The notes under the pieces were generated by a model that was not told where the DNA came from, searched no databases, and was given only the letters and a program-made list of their open reading frames with translations. Below are positions 48,601 to 59,820 of a DNA stretch of 64,000 nucleotides, in pieces. The stretch's first letter is position 1; each line of letters starts with the position of its first letter. The DNA lies in NCBI GenBank assembly GCA_964304625.1, contig OZ199838.1:1591927-1655926 (forward strand), in the 5' to 3' direction. Source of the stretch: Kudoa neothunni (taxonomy: Eukaryota > Animalia > Cnidaria). The position numbers and the translations under genes were made by a program.

Positions 48601-51600
48601 CGAGTGAATTGTCAGATTGATTACGTCTTCAACTTCATTCGTAATCTTGTAATTAATGAGAAAAATTAATTTATTCAATTAATCCTAAATTGATAAGTTT
48701 TTTTGTGAAGTAAAGCAACGTATTCTTTTGATTGTTTTTTAACGATGTTCCTAATGTTTTGTAGAAGTTAAATGAATAGCATAATTTGTTTATTATCGCC
48801 TATTTAACATTAACCATTTTAAAAATTTATTTTAAATAAAAAGTATAATTGCCTAATAATGCTCGACTGAGCCGCGTAATAACCCGTTTTATTAACAATA
48901 AAAAATCTGCCATTAATTTAAATAAGCTTATTAATTAATTAGTCTTTTATTAATAATTTAGTGTAAAAACAATTAACTCAAACTTTTTCGAAAATCAACT
49001 ATCATCAAAGATTACTCTGCAGCCTTTATGAATTTTACATTTCGCCAAAAAAATTTATATTTTTATTCTCACTCAAATAATTAACGTCTAGAAATTAAAT
49101 TAGAGGAACATGTCGTTTCCTCTTTTTAAGTTTAATTGTATTTTTTAAAAATTTTAAAGTAAATTAAAAAATTAAATATTATGTTGTTCTCAGACGACAA
49201 ATTTTGAATTATTTATTCACGAATTCGTAAGTTTGGCGTAATGCTATACAGTAGTGGAACCTCGATTATCCGAAAAATTTGTGACAAGCATTTTTGTTTC
49301 GTGGTAATGGGTAATGAGGTTCCGGTTAATCGAACATTTATCGACATGTAATTTCAATAAAATCCTAATAAAATTTAAAATATCTACCGGATAACCGAGT
49401 TTTGACTGTATTTTTTTCTCCTTAAAACTAAATAATCATAATTTATTAGATTAATTAATTTATCAGATTAATTTTATAGTCGTTTGAATCGAATTTATTG
49501 ATATAACTTACAAATATTATTTTTTATAAAAAAATCGTGTGTAATTAATCTTATCGCCTCTGTATTTTTATTTATTATTTTTTTTAATTAACGAGATAAT
49601 TGTTGTTTAATATTCGCTATTTTATCATTCTTTAGTTTTATTACATGGTTGAAGTATGTTTTTAAGTATCGGATTTCCTCAAAAAAATAAATAAATAAAA
49701 TCCCAATTAAACCTCCTTATAATTAATTAATTATAATAATTGATTTTCATAAATTCCGCGTATTATACACAATTTTTGACATAAAATATCATTTATTTTA
49801 GGATAATTTGAACAAGTTTGTCATCATATTTTGCAAAAAATGCGAATCCAGTCAACTGATTTTTAAACTATGACTTTTCGTATTATTTGGTCTCGTTTAT
49901 CAACTGCATGAGCAACTCAAATATTCGAACATTCAGGCACACTGCAACCTTTTTCGGTAAAAATTCTCTCATCACACAGTCTCATTAAACAATCATCAAA
50001 TTTAGGGATGAAAATGTTCACATGCGTCGGTGTGATGATGAACGAATATAACCACACAGCAACGGTATATGCCACAATTTAGACTGTACTCTAAAAGTGA
50101 AATGTATTTAGAATGAATATGCCACCGAGAGAAAGACCCTCGGTAATATTGTTGAACGTTTATTCGCAGGAATTTTCGTGCAACGGTCTCGGTATTTAAA
50201 TTTATTTCTATTAATAAACACGAAAATAAGCAACTTAACATATTTTTAGTGATATCATTTGCTGAAATTAGATCACTTTGCGTGTATCAATTGGGAATCT
50301 GTGTAAATAAAAACAAGTATTTATATGAAAAAATAAGATTTACTGATCTTGGATGCTAGAACATATTTCTTTAATAGCAATTACTTGAAATACCTAGGAA
50401 TGGCTTTGTTTGATAAGGTTCGCATTTAAGATTTCTTATTGTTTAATCTAATGTATTTAATATATTTTATATATTAGACTGCTTCTGTGCGTATTAATAC
50501 AGTTGTGGTGATTAAATCTTTAATGATTGAGTATCCCCACCAGCAAAGCGATACCAACGAAAATTTTATGAATTGCATGAAAATTTTTATTGCACGCTTC
50601 CAATCTCAGCTAGTCACTTTAATCTGTGACAACAACGTCAACGTAGCTCTCTCTGTGCTGGAATTTAATGTGTCTTTTTGTGCAACACGGATTTATTTTT
50701 CGTGGAAATAACAACAACCCCCGAAAACCATCTTCTTAAAATCGCTCTCCAAACTCCTTGACAACCTTCCAAATCTTAAGTATCGGCACAAATTCGACAA
50801 AAATTTACAAAAACTTTTCTATCTTATTGTCTCAAATTACACTGTCTGTAAAAACAATACGGAATCACTACCAGAGTCCAATTTTTCTGAATTGATCTCA
50901 AATTTTTTCCCTTGATTCCTACAAGGATGTTATTTTTGAAAATGTGGCTTTATTTTGTGCTGCTACGACAATCACTTCAAATCAAGGTAGAATTACAAAC
51001 GTTGGCGCGTTCTACTTTTTAATTTAGGTCAACCAAATAAAGATTCATTGGAGCAGTGCTTAAATTTGATTTTTTCTTCTGAGCTTAGTAACGTGGTTAC
51101 AAATATTGATTCTATCGTAAACGCTCTCCTTCAATCATCAGATATGGAGATTATTTATTTGTACATTCTCTTCTTTAATATTTCTCATTGTGATCACGTA
51201 TTTGCTTTATTTGGTTGTTCTATTGTTGGGTAATTTAATTATTAGTCTCTAAGCACATTGACGGAACTCCTCGATGTCTACATGAAGAATATTCTTCAAA
51301 AGGTGCCGTACTAGTTTTTGTCAGATTAACTTGACAGGGATTTAGTTTCAAACTGAACCCTTACATATCGAAATTATCTTGGATACTATAAAACTAGCTG
51401 TTGATCAATATGCAGCATTTCTAACCGACCAGAGTAACCATCTATTAATTTAATTAGACCTACAATCTTTATTCTAATTTTGAACATAGACAATGATCCG
51501 AGCATAGAAATCAATCAAGAAATACATAAGAACGTATTATTCAAAAAAGTTGTATTTTAGATTAATTATTTGTTTTCTAGCTGTTTATAAGTTGTGCACT

Positions 51601-53668
51601 CTCCTGAAAGATACTCTGCATTTGCTCTCAACAGACAACTAGTACAAATTGAATACCGATTATTTTTTCTAGCGTTACTCTAGAGAAATTACAATAAAGT
51701 TATCGAAATATTCAGCTGGTGGATGAAAAATTTTCAAAACTTTTCAACGAAAATATAGGCTTAAATGCAGCTCAACAAGAATTTGAGCATATCGATCGTG
51801 TGTTAGTGGAAGTTTTTGATATATCCCATGAGTCGGCTGATGCTGATTGTAAATTAAGCTGCTTCAGCGAATCCACAAAAAATTATATTCTAAAATATAA
51901 CTCTCTGTTACAAGGGTTTAGTCCCTATACTCTTCAAGCAGTGTCTACAACTAAATCCACCATTGATATTTTGATGAAATTTTTGACTTCGATTTTCTCT
52001 CCTAATAAAATTAAATTTTCACTCTCATCGTCGCAAATTCCTCAAGAAGTAAAATTATTTGAATGAGCTTTATAAGATAATGATAAATGCTAATTTAAGG
52101 TTGTTGCTGCACTTTTCACAAATATTTTACTGTGCATAATGTGGGATTTATTGAATGATTCTAATGATGAAGAGAACCAGTCTTCAAGCAAGGTCAACCC
52201 AACTTCCGATTCAATTCCAAAGATAGACACTAGAGAATTGGTCGACAACTTTATTGACTTTATTACTTATTTGTGGACGAATGATGATAGAAATCTTCGT
52301 CACACCCACACCTATCTTTATCATGATGTATTTTTTTAATAAGAATTTTTAATGAGTTGTTTTTGATGCTGTTAGGTATTTAAACTTGTCAGAGATTTGT
52401 GTTTATTATTGAGGGTGTTCGACTCTTATTCAACAAGTCATCATCATCTCTTCACTCTTCAAAAGAACTATATTATGGATCAAATAAAAGCTTCGAGGTT
52501 TTAGAAAATATTTGAACTGTACGTGACTGTAGTATGTATAGTGGCGATGATTCGATTTCGAGTGAGCAGACAATCGAAACAAATTTCAAGGGATTTTTCG
52601 AATACATCAACCACTTTCTACTGGACTCTAATGAATTGGCTATGCTGTTTTTCACAATTTTGGATAATGTAATTTTTTCTTTATTAAGTTTAAATCTGAG
52701 TTTTTTATGTAGAACGCAGCTATCAGATATATTAACTCGGTTGAACAAGTTCTTTCAACCTATATGCAAAAGAACATGGTCCAATATTTTCAAATTATTA
52801 TCCCTGGAGTTTTGAAAACGGTATTTTTGGTTTTTAACAGCAAAACAACAGCTTTGTATTCACTTTGAGCATTATTTTGGTTAGATGTATCGCCGCTGCA
52901 TGAATTTCGAGACTACATTGACTGACGATAGTTTTTTCACCCTCTCTAGCCCACATTCACGTAAATTTTTGGTGAGATCGTGTTTATTGTATGCTCCAGA
53001 TAGAATACGTCCAAAATTTTATCCGGTGCAATCCCTATCAGTGAAACTAAAAGTGAAACTTGCAGAAAACACATTAAACTGTTTATATGGTGAGTTTATT
53101 TGCTTGATGTGACTTTTTAGTGTTATTGTTCATAGCGAATCGATTGATTATTCGTTGAGAGAGGATGCCAACAAACAATACCCAAACATTTCATATCTAT
53201 TATGTTTCACCCCATTTTTGCTAAAAACCATGGATGTCGATCGACTAGGAAAGTATGGTTTACTCAATTATTTCAATGAAAAACTGAAAAAATCCAACTA
53301 CAACAAAAAACGATGTCATTTCGTTTCCAAATTCAGAGCTGCGATTAAAGATTTAAAACTCTCGCTGCACATCTTAACAAAGTCCCCCATTGGCAATTCT
53401 TCACGTAACTCTCTTGATGCGAGCAATCAAGTAATAATGCTAAAATCTGGTATGAGTCTCAAAATGTGTGTTGTAGGATCTTTCTCACTTCCTTAACTCA
53501 TTTGTTAGTACAAGAGATTGCTCAGAGTAATTATGACTCTCCATTTTACATGGTGTTTGATTAAGTTTTAGTTTGACCATACCTCTCGACAATCGTCCAA
53601 TGACTACTAAAGGTGGTTCAACTCAGCCTCGTTATGACTCTGACAGCGATGTCATCGTTGAAGATTAG
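45631..53668 (+). CDS. STAG: Cohesin subunit SA/STAG/Scc3, highly divergent, many exons, with two +1 frame breaks
   Basis: LLIKATGCE, YPIVNSDKKYKYFK, MSNSNIRTFRHTATFFGMK, FAGIFVQRSRD..AEIRSLC, NSNYLKYLGMALFDK, IPQEVVAALFTNILLCIMWDL, PNISYL. Large intron at ~46340-49801; stop TAG 53666-53668. Confidence 0.88.
49249..49408. mobile_element. Tc1/pogo (Tigger-like) MITE in the STAG intron
   Basis: TA|CAGTAGTGGAACCTCGATTATCCG ... CCGGATAACCGAGTTTTGACTG|TA. Confidence 0.75.
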
Positions 53669-55680
53669 TCATATTTTTTAATTTACCCTCTCTTCATTAG
53701 TTCATCCATAATTTATTTACTACTAATTTATGTTATGTGATTTGTTGATAACTCACACATTAATTATTGTTCTATTTATTACATTTTTTGATCATTTAGC
53801 TCGTAAGTACAAATTTTACTCGTTATATGTTAAATATTCATACTCGTTTGATACACCTCAAAGTATAATCTTTGTGCTGCCCACGTCGGAGTTTTTAAAA
53901 TCACATATTTTTATAAGAATGATTTCAAGCTGCTGCTATTCATAAAATATGATTTTAAATATTCTCAACTGAAATGAGTTTTCATGTTATTGATTTTTAT
54001 TGGAAAGTTCAGATTAAGCGCTGTGCTGGAGCCATTTTTGCGTTAGTTAGGTCCATACAACCAAGTTTTCAGCCCTAATATTTTGTTGAAAACCAATTAT
54101 TTATTGATAATGATCTATTTTATATTGAACTATGTATTTACACCAAAATAAGTAATAAACACGTAAATTTTTAAAAATTGCGTACGACCCATAATACGCT
54201 GCTGTAATTACTTTTTTTATACGCTACGAAATGCATAAGCGCAATGTATTTTTTTCATTTCACCTAAGGTAGGTATATGAAGTTTGAGTCAATAAATCCA
54301 TTCTTATTTAATTGTACGTTTATTATTAGTAGAAAATGTAAGATTTCTTTCTTGTAAATTAAGGATTTTTAGGTATAGATTTTTTGAAATTGTGTAAAGC
54401 TTAACATAACTTGAACTATAATTGTTATATCAGAATATTAATTAAATAAAGGTAGTTTTCTACAATAAGGAAATAAAAATCTGTTGTTTCTACATAATGA
54501 TAATATTAACGACAAAAAGTGAATTAATGAAACATTAGCGAAGGAGAAATTATTAAACATAAATCAATGAAAAGATTTCTTTTAATGTTAGTTCATACAT
54601 TAATTTTATCATTATTTAATTTTCCTATTCAAAGAATAAAATCGAAATAAGAACATTGTGTTTATATTAAGTTTAGTGGATAATATGCGGTATAATATCA
54701 TTAATAATCGAATGATTCACTAATATTGAAAGCAGCTCTAAAAGCACTTAGTTTGAGTTTGTGCTTGGAGTTTTTCAATACTTTTAACAACAAAAATGAT
54801 CATCTGAGTTCAGAATAGTCAAAATTACTAAAAATTCATATTTTAAAGTCAATGGGGTCTAAATTAAAATAATACACACTTTTCCAAATAGCTTGTATGA
54901 AATTATATCGGCAAAACATTGCTATATAATAAATTAATATATTTATCACATATCTTTCTTTAATGAATTCAACCATTTTTTGATTATAATGTTAAAAAAA
55001 TTATTCTAATGTTATGATGATATTTTTTATAAATTAAACGAAAATATCTATTAAAAGTTTATTCTCTCCTATTTCGAATTATTCATATTAATGTATAACA
55101 GTATAGAAATATTATATCGGTTTTATTCCAATAACAATTAAACAGATTAAAAACTCGGATAAACCAAAATTGATTTTATAGGGCCTAAAAGATGCGTTAT
55201 TCATTATTGATTGAAAAAAATCCAATTGTCTACAAAAAATATTATTGAATCGTCAGTAAAAAATTTTAAGATAGATTTCTATAGCATATTTTTGTATAAA
55301 ATTACTCATTAATTAAACAAAATAAAATGTGCAACCAGTCATTAAGATCATCAAATGATAAATCAATAAGTTAATAATTAAAATTACCATTTTAACTCCA
55401 CTAGGTTATATTTAATATATTTTAGTTACGCCGACAGAAATACTTTTCATAAAGGTTGCTAAGGGAACGATAATTTGTCTAATTAAAATTAATATTATTT
55501 TATTTAATTAACTCAAATAAAATCTTAACAGCATGAATCAAATGACTTAAGGGTCGGTCGAGCATAACCAAAAAGGAAATAAAAATCATTAGGCCCCCCA
55601 CATAAGTACTGTGAATCATCCCCTTTAAACCAGTCTCTGATATAAATACATATAAAAGCTTTTATGTAAAAATTTACTCC

Positions 55681-56163
55681 TTTTTTGTTTACAAGGTAAA
55701 ACCCTTGGGGCAACTTATTAGGTTGTGGAATTCTGGTTGGTCAGACTTCTTCCATTAACGCTTTGGACACCGCAGAACATAACATGAATCCCCGCCCCTT
55801 ATCTTTATGCATTAGTGTTGGACTTTAACCCACTAAACATCCTCGTCTCAGGGCGACCACCATCCCAGACCCTATCTTATCCCTCTAAGGACGTTGACTT
55901 TGACTATGACTTTGACTCTGCGAGGATTGAAAATTACCTGCCTTTCGATGAGTTCCGGAGAATCAAAACTCCTATCTATTCGCGCGAATTTGGCTGCTAA
56001 TGCATCCCAAACTCCACAGCGAGCGTACATTTTAACCACAGCTCTCAAATATGAGATAGAGACCCACCGACACGGAAGCAGAGTCTGACCACAGGCGGAT
56101 TCGAACCAATTACCTCAAGGTTCTGAGTCGGAGTGTTACATCGATGAGCTATTTGTCCTCGGC
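55681..56163 (-). mobile_element. tRNA-headed SINE with ~12-bp TSD
   Basis: Minus-strand head TAGCTCATCGATG...GGTTCGAATCC (A and B boxes). The 3' tail is shared with 39134-39615. Flanks AAAATTTACTCC (55669-55680) and AAAATTTACCCC (56164-56175). Confidence 0.85.
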
Positions 56164-57056
56164 AAAATTTACCCCACTACAAAATTTCGTCTCGATTCTC
56201 ATATACCATTACTCCAAAAAAGTAGTGAAACAAAAATGTTTTTAATATTTAGATTTTCAAATCACAAATAAATCATTTATCTGCATATAAAATAATAATT
56301 TTCTTCGATTACCGTTTTATATCCTATTTAAGGTAAGGATATTGTCTTATTTTCTATTTCAATTATAATTAGTAACTAAACGTAATAATTAATAATTATT
56401 TATACAAAAAAAATTTAATAAATTATATCACAAAGAACAATTATTAAAACAGCTTAATCTTTTATTATATGAAATTATATAATTATAGTTATATATATAT
56501 AGATATTAAAAATATATAATAATTAAAAATAATAAAAATTCAATATAAATAGAATTTGATCGGATTTAGCGCTAGTTTTGAAAAAACCAAAACTATTCAT
56601 CATTTGCAAATTATATTTTTTTATATTTCACTTATAATTTAACATTTAACATTGATTATAAGAGTTACTATTAACTAATACAAAGTGCTATTTTTTTTAT
56701 TTCTCATTAAAATTTAAATTGAAAAAAAGAGATTAATGTAATTTTTTAATCCAAAAAAAACTTAATGTATTCATATTCAACAATGAGGAAATATCTCATG
56801 AATTTCGACAAAAACAGAAATATGTATAATACAATGAAATAAAATAAAATAGAATTTATTGGAATATTTTATTTCGAACCTAAGAAAAAACAATCCAGAC
56901 TCCTCTCGCAAAAAATTGTCTCGACTTTAGTTCGACAATAAAAAATCACATGATCTATTAACATAAAAATTTAAAAAGTTATAACAACGACATATACAAA
57001 AATATGAGCATCGGAATAATCACTAATCGCATCCACTCGCGCAGTCACATTTAAAA

Positions 57057-57346
57057 ATGATACCAAACCCGAAGCTGACTGTGCTATTGGTTGGTTTTAC
57101 ACATGGATTCCTTGTGACGTTTTCAATCAACGAATATTACACAGCCAAATCACATTTTGAAAGGTACTAACTTATATCGACCATGCTAATCTCACAATTG
57201 TCCTGTTACATTGCACACTGTTGTTCTGTATCAATACATTTTAATTGTGTTTTAGCCCTTACGCGAAACGTCGAAAAGAGTTCCAAGAGCACTGGGACAA
57301 GATGTATGGACCTCAATTAAGAAAAAACCCCGATTTAATTGGTTAA
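57057..57346 (+). CDS. 65-aa single-TM protein, possibly ATP synthase subunit e-like; 2 exons; not in the ORF track
   Basis: Exons 57057-57163 and 57256-57346 (GT-AG, phase 2): MIPNPKLTVLLVGFTHGFLVTFSINEYYTAKSHFESPYAKRRKEFQEHWDKMYGPQLRKNPDLIG. N-terminal GxxxG TM followed by a charged helix. Confidence 0.55.
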
Positions 57347-57422
57347 CACTGTCATTATTGTCATTTGATTATCTGAGTTTTTTTGTGCGTTATTCTAATC
57401 TTACGCATGCGCGCATTTTCAA

Positions 57423-57681
57423 ATGAGAGACTATGCACTTAACAGGCCAATGCGAGTTAAGAACTTTGCAGTTGTGCAAAGGAAGTTTGTTGGCGTTGTT
57501 GCAGTTGGAGTAGCAGGCTTCTTGGGTATGCGAAGTTTGCTGAATCACATCATGTAGATGACTAATTGTGGAATTATCGAAATTGTGTATCTTGTTTAGA
57601 TACAACAATCTCCCTAAGGACTATTCGGTTCCCAAAGAAATGGAAATGTTCAAAGCGTATACCCAACCAAATAGCTCTTAA
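57423..57681 (+). CDS. COX6C: 70-aa cytochrome c oxidase subunit 6C-like protein; 2 exons; not in the ORF track
   Basis: Exons 57423-57553 and 57600-57681 (46-nt intron): MRDYALNRPMRVKNFAVVQRKFVGVVAVGVAGFLGMRSLLNHIIYNNLPKDYSVPKEMEMFKAYTQPNSS. LNRPMR resembles recalled LPKPRMR, and YNNLPKDYSVPKEME resembles YADFYRNYDVMKDFE. Confidence 0.62.
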
Positions 57682-57864
57682 TTTTCAAAAAAAATACTAT
57701 CAAATTAAACTCATCTATTGTTAATTTGTTTTGTGTCTATTGTTTCCCTCGAATAGTTTTCATTGGGTTTTTGTTATTGTATTAATGCACAAAGAATGGT
57801 TAAATTAAACTTGATACGCGCAGAAAAAAATTATAAAAAACAAAAATCTACATTTATATTGTTT

Positions 57865-59820
57865 CTATTTTAAGTTGAGTTTCTCTAATTTTTGCTTCTT
57901 AAGCATAGCTTTTTTGATGCCGGCCATTTTGTATTTCTGAGATTTTTTTATTTGGTCATATAAGCGCTTTCTTTTCTTCGGCATGCTTTGAATTGCGAGG
58001 TTTCTACGCTCAGCGTCTAGTTGTGTATCTCTATCATGTTTGGTTGGAACTTGCGATTCTTCCTCACTATCCAAATCACTTTCTTTTATGCCCAATGAGG
58101 CGACAGTTTCATAAGATTCGTGGATATCGCTATCAAATGGAGACATATGCGGTGGTAAAACATGGCCAGGAACATATTCGGTTGTAGGTACCAACTTTTG
58201 CTGGTTCACACAGTCAAAAATCCACTGAGGTTGCACATATCGTCGATTGGCATATTGTTTCTCGGAGATGGTTGGTCTATCAACAATTTGGTGGGTTATG
58301 CTTGGATCCGATTCGGCAAACATATTGGGCAGTCTTTTGATTGAGCGTTTCGATAGAGGTTCATCCCAAGATACTGTTCCTCCAAAACATCTTATAATGA
58401 CTATAAGCACATCTCTTGGTGTTTCTCTAGACAAATAAAATTTAAGGCCACTAAAGAGATTTTTGAATTCCTCTTCTTTCTTCAGTCGATCATTCCATTG
58501 ATCAAGCTCCTACAATTCGATCGTTATCAATCTATCAATCGTAACATCGAACTTGTTGATTAGCAAAACTCCTCAAAGTTATCAACTGAGGGCTGATTAT
58601 CAGGAATCTTCGCCCTCTCGAGTGTCACATTTAGAGTGGATATCATATCGAATTGAGTGGCACAAAAATCTTTCTCTATCTTGTTTGCAACGTGCTTCAA
58701 ATGATCAGCTACAAGCTAAAATGTGACATATTAGCATTGTGAGAAATTTCAACAAACAATCAATCACCTTTGGTGGATAAACTAAATTTATCGAGTGGAA
58801 CAACTTGAACAACACAAAACCAAGCAATGTCACATGCAAATGAGTGAATGTGTTCAAAACTTTAAAATCAATGTTGCTTGGCACCTAACAAAAATTGAAT
58901 TATACTACATAACAAATTAAATTCACCTCAATCATAAGATTATGAGGCATTATCCAAATAACATTTTGGCCATTGATTTCGGCTTGTAAATAAAACCCTT
59001 TCACCGATATAAACACCTTAAACCAATATCTAAAATTTGAGCGCACATTTTATTGAATTGTACTTTTTTGAGCGATCTTGAGGCGATAACATAATTCAAA
59101 AAGTACACTATAAAATAGAATAAGTGGTTGAGATATTTGTGGATTTCATTAAAACCTGAAAGTTCTTGGCATTTTGAAATCAAATCACCCTAAATAGAAT
59201 GTAATGATATTGTTACATAGCATAATTAGGTTGTGTTTTATTGTAGTTATTACAGCAATTTTCCCCTGTCTCGGGAGAAACGCATATGCCATCACTGTGG
59301 ACAATGCATCGTCTAGATCTCTCACCGCGTCATCGAATGTTGGGTATCTAATGAGAAAAAACTAGCCACCAATTGCGTGAGTACAAAAATAGCTACCTTT
59401 CTTTAATGATATGATCAAGCTTGATTTTGGGTTTCATATTCAATGTGGTTTCAATAACCGATGAATTTTTGGTGGCAACCGCTCTTTTGTACTTTTTCTT
59501 GAAGGTATGGAATTGTCGCAATACATTTATAAGTGGATCGTGCGATAAAAAAAGAATATCTTTCTTGTGAAAACGAGGTACCGCATCGTTAGATCTTGGA
59601 TAAATACCTTTGAATATGCATAATTTTCTAATAAATAATCAAGAATTATCAAATTATATTAAAGATAAAAATACCTAAAATCCGATAAACTCAATTGCAA
59701 CCTCCTCAAACATTGATTTCTAGATATGTATTGGGCGGATTTTCCTACTTCCTCCTTTTCAACAAATTACGTAAGAATTTTTTACGGATAAAATACCTTC
59801 TTCCTCACACGTTTACCCAT
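57865..59820 (-). CDS. PES1: Pescadillo homolog (60S biogenesis, BRCT domain), multi-exon, one probable +1 frame break
   Basis: [115 protein letters not shown]. Confidence 0.96.

Noticed and set aside
49862-49868. TTTAAAC canonical -1 slippery heptamer
   Set aside because: Wrong phase and direction; the gene needs +1.
50670-50930. In-frame stops, including a Euplotes-like AAA TAA, in STAG
   Set aside because: Removed by two phase-0 GT-AG introns (~50670-50780 and ~50844-50926) that give good homology.
51581-51730. Two more apparent TGA-coupled +1 frameshifts (TCC TGA and GGA TGA, giving KLSKYSAGG-EK)
   Set aside because: A frameshift-free model with distal AAG acceptors gives a longer gapless STAG alignment, so the SKYSA match is probably coincidental.
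52972-53135. Phase mismatch near the STAG 3' exons
   Set aside because: Resolved by a 32-nt intron (GTGAGA...GATAG) inside ORF 52885-53112.
56090-56163. tRNA gene (also 39134-39205)
   Set aside because: A and B boxes are present but I could not build a full cloverleaf; both are SINE heads within TSD-flanked elements.
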